Shown piece after piece: positions 16,620-24,441 of a DNA stretch of 64,000 nt. Below the pieces are notes generated by a model, which saw only the letters and a program-made list of their open reading frames with translations, ran no database searches and was not told where the DNA came from. Position 1 is the stretch's first letter; each line of letters begins with the position of its first letter. Made by a program: the position numbers and the translations under genes. Source of the stretch: an uncultured Gammaproteobacteria bacterium (lineage in GTDB: Bacteria; Patescibacteriota; Patescibacteriia; Magasanikbacterales; GWA2-37-8); assembly GCA_964533715.1 (NCBI GenBank), contig CAZHNI010000002.1, positions 46,496 to 110,495 on the forward strand, read 5' to 3'.

Positions 16620-18890
16620 ATGACGAAAATTAGCAAATTATTGTATTTTATTATGACTTGCAATTATATTAAATTTCAACGCTACAGTCTTTATGCAAGC
16701 CTGATATTACCGTTACTTTTTACTTCATTCACCTTTTCTCCCTGGCATTTTGGAAAAACAATTTTTTTTCAAATTTTGGTGGAAGTAATGGTTGCAAGTT
16801 TATTTATATATTGGTTGCGCGTGGCTGGAGAAAAAGAAAAGTTAGTTTTGTGGAGCAAAAATCTAATTAGGCGTATAAATTGGCTCGATTGGTCAGTGAT
16901 TATTTTTTTGTTAGTACTTACTATCACTGCCTTAAGCGGATTTGATGTAAACAATAGTTTTTGGGGTAACCAAGCGCGAACCAACGGCGTATTTACGTGG
17001 TGGCATTTTGTAATATGGTACCTATTTCTTCGTAATATATTCAAAGAGAAAAAAGAATGGCTTTATTTTTTTGGTGTAATTATCGCCGTATCGCTTGTAG
17101 TGTCGTTCACTATTTTTTTCCCAAATTTGCTACCAATGTCGTGGCAGAGCGCTTCTGGCGGTGGCATTATTGGTAATCGGGCATTTGCTGCTAATTATCT
17201 TTTAGTCGCAGTAGGTCTGGCTGTTTATTTAGCAATAATTTTAAAAGGTTTTTGGAAATATGCTGTGATCATGGCTACCATTATACTTTTGGCAGCCCTT
17301 TTTTATCTGGGTACGCGCGGGGCGCAGCTTGGTTTGGTTGTGGGCGTAGTGGTTGGCTGCGGTCTCAGAATAGTGTATATGTCTCGTACAAAATATCGCC
17401 GCGCCGCTTTCGTAGCTGCTTGTTGTGCGGTTGGTATCGTTGGTATTTTAGTCTTTTTTGGACAATCTAATTCTTTTCGTCAAAATTGGCCAAGACTCGG
17501 CAATCTCATCAATTATCATCAGCTTATTTCAGGCACCGGGGAAACCCGTCTTATGGCGTGGCGTATCGCGCTTCAAGGCATTAAAGATAAACCAATTGTC
17601 GGCTGGGGAATGGAAAATTACACTATTGTTTTTAATAAATATTTTAATCCTCAATTTCTCAAACATAGTTTTCAAGAAACGGTTTGGGACAAACCACACA
17701 ATTGGCTTTTGGAAATTGGTATCAGCGCGGGCGTAATAGGTATATTGAGTTATATAAGTATTTTTTGTGCCGCTGGTTATTATATCTTACGTCGACAAGC
17801 TCTGCCGCCTTTTGCGCGAGCAATTTATGCCGGCACGTTGGTTGGTTATTTTGTGGCAAATTTATTTTTGTTTGAAACCAGTAACAGCTTGCTTATGTGG
17901 TTTGCGGTGCTGGCATTTATATCCAGTCAACAATCCATTGGTACCGAGCAATTATCGCAAGCAAGTGGGGCGGCGCAGAGCCAAGCCTCATCATTTAAAA
18001 AAGTATGGTTGGTTGGTGGTATACTATGTATAGTAATATTATTGTGGAAATACAATGTACTTCCTCTTCGTGTGTCATACTACCTTCGCTCTGCCCAAAA
18101 TGCGGTCACGGCGGAATCGTGGGCAGATTATGCGCAAAAAACTCTCAGCCTGCCAAGTTTGTTTCGTGGCGAAAGCGCTATTTTTTTGGCAGAAAGGTTT
18201 ACCCAGCTCGATAAATCAGGGATTTCTATAACCAGTACGTCTACAGTATCGGCCGCGTTGGCAGCAGCGCACGTGTTAGATAAGGAAAGCGAAACACACC
18301 CAACTAATCCGCTCTTTGCAGTCTGGTCGGGGCAAATGTATATGGTTTTAGGAGAGAAACTAAACGAAAAATATTACGCCGATGCCGAGCGCGCCCTCCT
18401 GGTTGCTTACCATTTATCCCCACGCAAACAGGAATTTTTATTTTTCTTGGGTCGGCTCTATCTTCTTAAAAAAGATTTTTCCACTGCCCTGGCCTATCAA
18501 AAGCAAGCCGTTGCCGCCGCGCCAAATATTAGTACAAGCCATTGGTTTTTAGGGCTTACCTATATAGCAAGCGGAGATAAACAAAATGGGCTTCTCGAAA
18601 TTGAACAAGCCTTAAAGTTGGGCTATTATTATAGTTTGACACCCAATCAAAAATTATATATTATAGACCTTTACGCAGAGACTCAACAATACGATAAAGT
18701 TATTGAATGGTATAAAAAATTTATTATCGAAGAACCGGAAAATGTGAATTGGTATATAAAATTGGCTACGGCTTATGCAGTTGCCGGTAAAAAAGATTTA
18801 GCTCTTGAGACAGTGCGTCAGGCAATAGATATGTACCCGCCGCTCGCGCCCCAGGCCGCGGCCTTCATTAAACAATATCATTTACAATAA
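16620..18890 (+). CDS. O-antigen-ligase-domain (Wzy_C-like) polytopic membrane protein with C-terminal TPR repeats
   Basis: Motifs GTRGAQLGLVVGVV, GWGMENYTIVFNKYFNP and WDKPHNWLLEIGISAGVIG. TPR-like C-terminus. Paralogous to 22384-24441. The start may be the internal Met at 16653. Confidence 0.75.
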   Translation: MTKISKLLYFIMTCNYIKFQRYSLYASLILPLLFTSFTFSPWHFGKTIFFQILVEVMVASLFIYWLRVAGEKEKLVLWSKNLIRRINWLDWSVIIFLLVLTITALSGFDVNNSFWGNQARTNGVFTWWHFVIWYLFLRNIFKEKKEWLYFFGVIIAVSLVVSFTIFFPNLLPMSWQSASGGGIIGNRAFAANYLLVAVGLAVYLAIILKGFWKYAVIMATIILLAALFYLGTRGAQLGLVVGVVVGCGLRIVYMSRTKYRRAAFVAACCAVGIVGILVFFGQSNSFRQNWPRLGNLINYHQLISGTGETRLMAWRIALQGIKDKPIVGWGMENYTIVFNKYFNPQFLKHSFQETVWDKPHNWLLEIGISAGVIGILSYISIFCAAGYYILRRQALPPFARAIYAGTLVGYFVANLFLFETSNSLLMWFAVLAFISSQQSIGTEQLSQASGAAQSQASSFKKVWLVGGILCIVILLWKYNVLPLRVSYYLRSAQNAVTAESWADYAQKTLSLPSLFRGESAIFLAERFTQLDKSGISITSTSTVSAALAAAHVLDKESETHPTNPLFAVWSGQMYMVLGEKLNEKYYADAERALLVAYHLSPRKQEFLFFLGRLYLLKKDFSTALAYQKQAVAAAPNISTSHWFLGLTYIASGDKQNGLLEIEQALKLGYYYSLTPNQKLYIIDLYAETQQYDKVIEWYKKFIIEEPENVNWYIKLATAYAVAGKKDLALETVRQAIDMYPPLAPQAAAFIKQYHLQ

Positions 18891-18896
18891 AAATAT

Positions 18897-19580
18897 ATGT
18901 ATAAAAAAATTATTATTGGTGTTGTCGCACTCGTCGTAATTGGTGGGGTGGCAGGACTCTGGTATACGGGGTTTTTGGGAGGGGAGAGGGCCGTGCGCCG
19001 TTCCATAAGTTCTAACCCCGAATGGCTTGCTAACTACGAAAAGGCCAAACAACGCGAGGCCGAAATACAAAAAAACCCAGAAAAAGCCGGCTTGTATTTT
19101 TCGCTCGGCTTGGCTTGGAAGAGTATTGGCGAACTGGGCGGACCAAAAGAATTTTTTAATCGTTCGCTTGCGGTATATGAACAAGGCATTGCTAAATTTG
19201 GCGCACAAAATATTTTGTTTTATCTTAATGCTGGCAAATTGGCCGAACGAGTGGATGACTTAGCCAAAGCGGAAAATTATTATAAAAAAGCTATAGAAAT
19301 TTCTCCCGCCGATGACAGTGGCTACAAATATTTAGCGGAGCTTTATGAGTATCGTTTAAAAAAATCTAAAGCCGAGGTATTGGCTGTTTTCCATATGGGT
19401 GATATTAAAATGGTTAACCCTTCCTCGCTTTTGATGGCCGAAGCATCCTATTTGCATCGGGTTGGTGATGTGCTTGGTGCATTAAAAATTTATCGTGTTT
19501 TGGTTGAGGCGTACCCTAGTAACCAAGGCTACAAACGAGTTGTTCAAGAGTTAGAAACCGAAGCTGCTGCTCAAAAATAG
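18897..19580 (+). CDS. N-terminally anchored TPR-repeat protein
   Basis: TM helix IIIGVVALVVIGGVAGLWY followed by TPR-like helical repeats. Confidence 0.6.
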   Translation: MYKKIIIGVVALVVIGGVAGLWYTGFLGGERAVRRSISSNPEWLANYEKAKQREAEIQKNPEKAGLYFSLGLAWKSIGELGGPKEFFNRSLAVYEQGIAKFGAQNILFYLNAGKLAERVDDLAKAENYYKKAIEISPADDSGYKYLAELYEYRLKKSKAEVLAVFHMGDIKMVNPSSLLMAEASYLHRVGDVLGALKIYRVLVEAYPSNQGYKRVVQELETEAAAQK

Positions 19581-19597
19581 CCTGTAGATTTACATAA

Positions 19598-19622
19598 CCT
19601 CGGTATCAGCCGGGGTTTTTTG
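19598..19622 (+). terminator. Intrinsic terminator (CCTCGG-tatcag-CCGGGG followed by TTTTTTG)
   Basis: 6-bp stem with one G-U pair plus a T-run after the TPR gene. Confidence 0.5.
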
Positions 19623-19663
19623 TTACAATTTTTGTTTATTTACTAATAAAAGTGGATTTTCTA

Positions 19664-19692
19664 TTGACAAAAGGCTCATTTTATGGTATAAA
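19664..19692 (+). promoter_or_regulatory. Consensus sigma70 promoter: TTGACA - 17 nt - TATAAA
   Basis: Perfect -35 hexamer, 17-nt spacer and a near-consensus -10, about 270 nt upstream of the high-GC gene at 19961. Confidence 0.5.
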
Positions 19693-19785
19693 GGGATGTT
19701 CAAATTGCGTCTTTTTGGGCATAATTTGAATGTTAAAACTGTTCTTTTACAATCTATTTGAAGCAATACAAAATGTAATAACGTT

Positions 19786-19903
19786 CCTTGGCACGAAGAG
19801 AGGATAGAAACTAGAAATTGGAAATTGGAAATTGGGGATTTTTAAATCGTCCCGAGTTTCTTATTTCTAGTTTTTAATTTCCAATTTTTCTCCGTGCCAA
19901 GGG
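19786..19903. repeat. Complex repeat/hairpin region: inverted repeat CCTTGGCACG...CGTGCCAAGG enclosing three tandem GAAATTG units plus interleaved complementary blocks
   Basis: AAACTAGAAAT pairs with ATTTCTAGTTT, and AATTGGAAATT pairs with AATTTCCAATT. The block order is not compatible with a single simple hairpin. Followed by the hairpins GGGAC-taaggtt-GTCCC and TCCGGC-tctaa-GCCGGA, the latter abutting the RBS GGAGGAGG. Confidence 0.5.
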
Positions 19904-19960
19904 ACTAAGGTTGTCCCAAGGCTTGTCCCCATTTCCGGCTCTAAGCCGGAGGAGGTTCCC

Positions 19961-20746
19961 ATGTACCAGCAGATCATCCGCATCGCCGCCCTCGTCTTCG
20001 CGCTTTTCGTCCTCAACTCCGCCCCGGCCTCGGCCAAGAAGCCGGCCCCGGTCGCCGAGATCGAGAGTCCCGACCTCTCCCTCGCGAAGGTCCGTTTCAA
20101 GACCGGCGAAAAGAAGTACGAGGCCGAGGACTACGCCGGCGCCCTCAAGGAGTTCGAGGGCGCGAAGTTCCTGCAGCCCAAGCGCATCGAGCTCGATTAC
20201 AACATCGCGCGCTGCCACGATCGGCTGGGCAACTGGGAGCAGGCGGTGAAGTTCTACACCGCCTACGCCGACACGAAGCCGAAGGACGAGAAGGAGGTGA
20301 GGGAGCGTATCGCGATCCTCAAGGAGAGGCTCGCGGCGAAGCCCCTCACCACCCCCGCCGTTGCCGGCACCCAGCCCGCTCCGCCCGCCCTGGCTCCCGC
20401 CCCCGCGACGCGGACTGACGGTGGCGTCACGCCCGCGGCTCCCGCCACCCCCTACGCCGGCAGCAAGCCGAACCTCAACCTGCCGGCCCCCGCCCCGGCC
20501 CCGCCCGCCGCGACTGTCCCGCTCGTTCCGACGACCCAGCCCGTGGCCCCCACGTCGACCAGCCCGCCCTTCTACAAGAAGTGGTGGTTCTGGACGGCCG
20601 TGGGCGCCGCCGCGCTCGTCGCGGTCGGCGTCGGCATCGGCGTCGGAGCTTCGCGGGAAACCACCTATTCCCAGACCCGCCCGGACCTGGGGACCGTTCA
20701 CTTCAACCTCAACCTCTTTCCCACCCCCGACACGGGGGGGAGGTGA
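19961..20746 (+). CDS. High-GC secreted TPR-like / proline-rich protein with a C-terminal TM helix
   Basis: RBS GGAGGAGG. Signal peptide IAALVFALFVLNSAPASA. Long Pro/Ala-rich linker. TM helix WWFWTAVGAAALVAVGVGIGVG. GC-rich. Confidence 0.65.
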   Translation: MYQQIIRIAALVFALFVLNSAPASAKKPAPVAEIESPDLSLAKVRFKTGEKKYEAEDYAGALKEFEGAKFLQPKRIELDYNIARCHDRLGNWEQAVKFYTAYADTKPKDEKEVRERIAILKERLAAKPLTTPAVAGTQPAPPALAPAPATRTDGGVTPAAPATPYAGSKPNLNLPAPAPAPPAATVPLVPTTQPVAPTSTSPPFYKKWWFWTAVGAAALVAVGVGIGVGASRETTYSQTRPDLGTVHFNLNLFPTPDTGGR

Positions 20747-20749
20747 CCC

Positions 20750-22006
20750 ATGCGCCAGACCCTCTTCGCCTTGATGGTCGCCGCCCTCCTCGCGGGGTGC
20801 GGCGCCGACATGCGCCCGTGCCCCAAGGGCGCGGTCCGTATCCACATGCAGTTCGACCAGGTCGTCCGTGATCGTGGGTACGCCGTCACGGCGACCCTCA
20901 CGATCGATGGGGTGTCGGTCCAGACCCCCTTCGACCCCAGCATCAACGGGGATGCGGAAGGGAATATGGACTTCGTCTTCACCCATGGCTACCCGGCGAT
21001 CGGTGCAGAGGCGCAGATCGACCTGGTCGTGCGTCGCAACAGCGACATCGTCGGCGAGGGGCACGCAACCTTCGAGATCACCGAAGGGTGCACCTACGTC
21101 GTCGTCCCGGTGACCGCTTCGGTGGCACCTGAGGACGGCGGCACTGATCTCGCGCGGCTCGACGGCGGCGCTGACCTGTCTCGGCCGGACCTCGCCAGTG
21201 GCGACGGTTCGGTCGACCAGGCCACCCCGCCTGACCTCACGACGCCCCCCGACCTGACGCGCCCCCCCGGCGACCTCACCGTTCCGCCCCCTGACCTCAC
21301 CGTCGCGGGGGACATGGCGCGGCTCCCGGACGCGGCCCTCCCCGACCTGACCACCGCCCCGCCTGACCTCACGACGCCCCCCGACCTGACGCGCCCCCCG
21401 GACCTCGTGGCCACGCCCGATCTGGTTCTCGCCTGCAATCTCGACGCCGACTGTGGCAGCAAGACCGGTGGTGCCTGCAAGAACGGCACCTGCCAGCCCC
21501 CTGCATGCACCGACGGCCTCAAGAACCAGGACGAGACTGACGTCGACTGCGGCGGCGCCAAGTGCGTGCCGTGCGTGCCCACCAAGGCGTGTATCAAGGA
21601 CGCCGATTGCATCATTCCGTGGTGCAACCCCAGCACCAAGAGGTGCGGCAACATGGTCGGTACGGTCTTCATCGGATCGGAGGGCGAGAAAATTGACCTG
21701 AACAACCCGGCGAACAACCCGCCGCCCGTGTGGAGCTGCCTCGACGCCTGCGCCAAGAAGTTCGGTGCCGGTACCTACCGCTGCTCCACCGTGCTCGGCT
21801 CCGTCAACGGGCTGAGCTGGTCGCAGTGCTACGGCGACGGGCAGCACTGCTCCCCTGGTGGAGAGGTGTCCGAGAGCTACAAACTCGGCACCACCTACTA
21901 CTGCCCAGGGGCGCCGGGCTGCGCCTGCTCGGCGTGGGTCGACTACCAGAACAGCGGTGGTTCGGCCTGCGCCAACGCGGGCGCCAAGTCCTACTGCTTC
22001 AAGTAG
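20750..22006 (+). CDS. High-GC lipoprotein with PPDLT(T/R)P repeats and a Cys-rich C-terminal domain
   Basis: Lipobox LLAGCGA. RBS GGGAGG overlaps the upstream stop. Repeated TPPDLTTPPDLTRPP. About 30 Cys in the C-terminal 190 aa (CxxGxCxxxxC patterns). The antisense ORF 19874-22150 is rejected. Confidence 0.7.
   Translation: MRQTLFALMVAALLAGCGADMRPCPKGAVRIHMQFDQVVRDRGYAVTATLTIDGVSVQTPFDPSINGDAEGNMDFVFTHGYPAIGAEAQIDLVVRRNSDIVGEGHATFEITEGCTYVVVPVTASVAPEDGGTDLARLDGGADLSRPDLASGDGSVDQATPPDLTTPPDLTRPPGDLTVPPPDLTVAGDMARLPDAALPDLTTAPPDLTTPPDLTRPPDLVATPDLVLACNLDADCGSKTGGACKNGTCQPPACTDGLKNQDETDVDCGGAKCVPCVPTKACIKDADCIIPWCNPSTKRCGNMVGTVFIGSEGEKIDLNNPANNPPPVWSCLDACAKKFGAGTYRCSTVLGSVNGLSWSQCYGDGQHCSPGGEVSESYKLGTTYYCPGAPGCACSAWVDYQNSGGSACANAGAKSYCFK
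21226..21398 (+). repeat. Two copies of a ~43-bp direct repeat (CCCCGCCTGACCTCACGACGCCCCCCGACCTGACGCGCCCCCC) encoding the PPDLTTPPDLTRPP motif
   Basis: Identical DNA blocks at 21226-21268 and 21356-21398. Confidence 0.6.
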
Positions 22007-22011
22007 ACCCC

Positions 22012-22057
22012 CGCCAGAGGGCGGAGCCCACTTCGGTGGTGCTCCGCCCTCGGCGGA
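22012..22057 (+). other. GC-rich hairpin (GCCAGAGGGCGGAGC...GCTCCGCCCTCGGCGG) at the 3' end of the high-GC islet
   Basis: Near-perfect 16-bp inverted repeat with no T-run after it. Confidence 0.4.
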
Positions 22058-22140
22058 TCTAACCTCGCGGTTGCCTACGGCGACCGCTTCTCTCTTGTAC
22101 TCAAGATTAGTTAAATCGTGGTTACAAGTATAGAAAAAAT

Positions 22141-22172
22141 AAAATCCCAAGGCACATGTCCGGGATTTTTTT
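22141..22172 (+). terminator. Terminator-like hairpin AAATCCC...GGGATTT followed by TTTTTTT
   Basis: 7-bp stem with an imperfect GGCACATGTCC interior, plus a T-run. Confidence 0.45.
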
Positions 22173-22330
22173 ATTAAGTTTGGTTAATAACTGTCATTCC
22201 GACTGAGGAGCTCGCGCGACGAGTGGAGGAATCCCTTGGTTCGTTAAATGGCGATTTTGGTAAAAGGGATTTCTCGACTAGGCCTCCGGCCTCGCTCGAA
22301 ATGACAGTTTTTCATTGAGCTATTTTTGTT
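22173..22330. repeat. ~150-bp imperfect palindromic (MITE-like) element, copy B, homologous to 5207-5375
   Basis: Termini AACTGTCATTCCGACTGAGG / CTCGCTCGAAATGACAGTT, inner GGAATCCCTT / AAGGGATTTC, internal hairpin CTCGcgcgaCGAG. Shares TGTCATYC, GTGRAGGA-TC and GAAATGACAGTT with copy A. The left flank ATTAAGTTTGG resembles copy A's CTTAAGCTTTG. Confidence 0.55.
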
Positions 22331-22383
22331 TGACAGTAATTGTTTAGGCCAGGTATACTATACTGGTATTATTACACTTTTTT

Positions 22384-24441
22384 ATGAAAAATATCATTGA
22401 ACGGATTGTTAAATTCTGTATCTACGCCACATTTTTTGTGCCGCTGGTGGTGGTACCGTCGTCGTTTATTTTTCCGTTTATTGTCCCCAAAATTTTGTTA
22501 TTTCGCGCCCTGGTTACTATAATGCTTGCTGGTTACATTTTGCTTTTAGCTGTAGATTTTGAATCGTATCGGCCAATTCGTTCTATTTTGTCGTTATCTG
22601 TTTTGTTGTTCTTGTTAAGTTTTGGTTTGTCAACTTTTTTAGGCGTGGATGCCTACCATAGTTTTTGGGACAACCACGAACGCATGTTGGGCCTGTTTAC
22701 TATTACTCACTATATTATTTATTTTTTTATTTGTGGCGCCGTGCTGCGAAGCTGGTCGGATTGGAAGTGGGCGTTGCGCCTATTTTTATTGGCTGGTTCC
22801 ATAGTAATGTTTATTGCAGTTTTGCAAAAAGGCAATCCAGAATTACTCTTAAACCAGGGTAGCGACCGCACCGCAAGCACGCTTGGCAATGCAATTTATG
22901 TGGGCGGTTATGGTTTGTTTTTGTTTTTTGTTTCCTTGCTTCTTTTTACCAAGGATAAAATAACAAGTTGGCGGTTTGCCTATGGTTTAGCGGGTATTTT
23001 GGCCATACTTGGTATATTTTTTAGTGGCACGCGCGGATCAGTTATTGGTTTATTGGCAGGCTTGTTTGTAACTATTGTGGGTTATTTAATTATTATAAAA
23101 AATCACGCTCGCGTGCGGTATAGTTTACTTGGCATTTTAGGACTTGTAGTCTTTGGTGTCCTCGTATTGTATGCCAATCGTAATTCAGCGTGGGTGGAAT
23201 CATTGCCGGCCATCGGTCGTTTGTCCGCCACTTCGTTTTCTGATATTAAAAACGGCACTCGTTTTATTGCTTGGCAAATTGCTTGGCAAAGCGCGGCCGA
23301 AAAGCCTTTTTTTGGCTGGGGGCCCAACAACTTTTTTTACGCGTTTAACAAATATTACAATCCACGCTCGCTGGAATTTGGTTATGGCGAAACCTGGTTT
23401 GATAATGCCCACAATATTATTCTTAACACGCTTACCGTACAAGGGTGGTTCGGTCTTATAGTATATCTTTCTGTTTTTGGCGTGGCCGGAGTTGTTTTGT
23501 GGAGAAACAAAAATTTTCGTGAAAGCCAGCCGCACGTAGTGGTTATTGGATCTGCTTTTTTGTTTGCACATTTAGTGCAGAATATTACGGTTTTTGAAAA
23601 CCCCACTTCATATTTGTACTTTATGTTTTGGCTGGCGCTCGTGGCGCAGAGCACAACCGCGGTTGTTAAAAGTGATGAGAATAATATTCAAAAAATAAAA
23701 ACAGCCGCAGCGTCGCAGCCGGTTGGGATCGGCGCGGTTGTGCTCACTGGGCTGGCAGCGTTGGCGGTAATTTTTGTTTTTGAAATTCAACCAGCTCGCG
23801 CTAATATTAAAACACTCGACGCACTTAACGCTTTTGCGACAGACCCGACAACCGGGTTCGCTGTTATGCAGGAAACTCTAAAATTTAACTCTCCCCATAT
23901 TGATGATATTAGAAGCGACCTTGCCCGCATGGTGGTTGACTTGGTTGGGAGATATTATCAAAAATTAGGCAAAGAGCAGTCAGTGCAATTTATTGATTTT
24001 ACTCGAACTTCACTTGAAGAGAATGTTAAACTTCACCCTTTGGATATTCGTAACAACATGACGTTAACGCAGCTTAACCAGCTTAGTTACGCCATTACGA
24101 ATGATCCGCGTTTTATAGTGTCCGCACACGAATACCTTGTAGACGCATTAAGTAAGAGCCCGCGGCGCCAACAACTTATGTATATGTTGGCAAGCATTAA
24201 ATTGCAGCTCGGTCGCAAAGATGAAGCAATACGCCTAATGGAACAATCAATTGAAGAAGACCAGAAAATTTCTGAAGGTTACTGGCGTTTAGCTTTTATC
24301 TACCAGTTTATTGGCGACACAATTCGTGCCAGAGCCACTCTTGGTTTGGCTCATGAGCGGGGAGTAGTATTTGACGCTCAGGGTCAAGATGTTGAAACCC
24401 AGATTATGGCTGGACTTGGAAAGAACGGTACAAAGAAGTAG
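22384..24441 (+). CDS. O-antigen-ligase-domain membrane protein with C-terminal TPR repeats (paralog of 16620-18890)
   Basis: Motifs GTRGSVIGLLAGLFV, FFGWGPNNFFYAFNKYYNP and WFDNAHNIILNTLTVQGWFGL. TPR-like C-terminus. Confidence 0.75.
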   Translation: MKNIIERIVKFCIYATFFVPLVVVPSSFIFPFIVPKILLFRALVTIMLAGYILLLAVDFESYRPIRSILSLSVLLFLLSFGLSTFLGVDAYHSFWDNHERMLGLFTITHYIIYFFICGAVLRSWSDWKWALRLFLLAGSIVMFIAVLQKGNPELLLNQGSDRTASTLGNAIYVGGYGLFLFFVSLLLFTKDKITSWRFAYGLAGILAILGIFFSGTRGSVIGLLAGLFVTIVGYLIIIKNHARVRYSLLGILGLVVFGVLVLYANRNSAWVESLPAIGRLSATSFSDIKNGTRFIAWQIAWQSAAEKPFFGWGPNNFFYAFNKYYNPRSLEFGYGETWFDNAHNIILNTLTVQGWFGLIVYLSVFGVAGVVLWRNKNFRESQPHVVVIGSAFLFAHLVQNITVFENPTSYLYFMFWLALVAQSTTAVVKSDENNIQKIKTAAASQPVGIGAVVLTGLAALAVIFVFEIQPARANIKTLDALNAFATDPTTGFAVMQETLKFNSPHIDDIRSDLARMVVDLVGRYYQKLGKEQSVQFIDFTRTSLEENVKLHPLDIRNNMTLTQLNQLSYAITNDPRFIVSAHEYLVDALSKSPRRQQLMYMLASIKLQLGRKDEAIRLMEQSIEEDQKISEGYWRLAFIYQFIGDTIRARATLGLAHERGVVFDAQGQDVETQIMAGLGKNGTKK

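Noticed and set aside
19874-22150. 758-aa minus-strand ORF spanning the whole third high-GC islet
   Set aside because: An antisense artefact of the GC-rich DNA. The product is an Arg/Gly/Ala/Val-rich repeat with no start context. The plus-strand frames encode two proteins with signal peptide, lipobox and RBSs.
24404-24441. 38-nt overlap between convergent genes 22384-24441 and 24404-25567 as a sign of misannotation
   Set aside because: Both proteins have intact family-typical termini. Short convergent overlaps are common in compact genomes.
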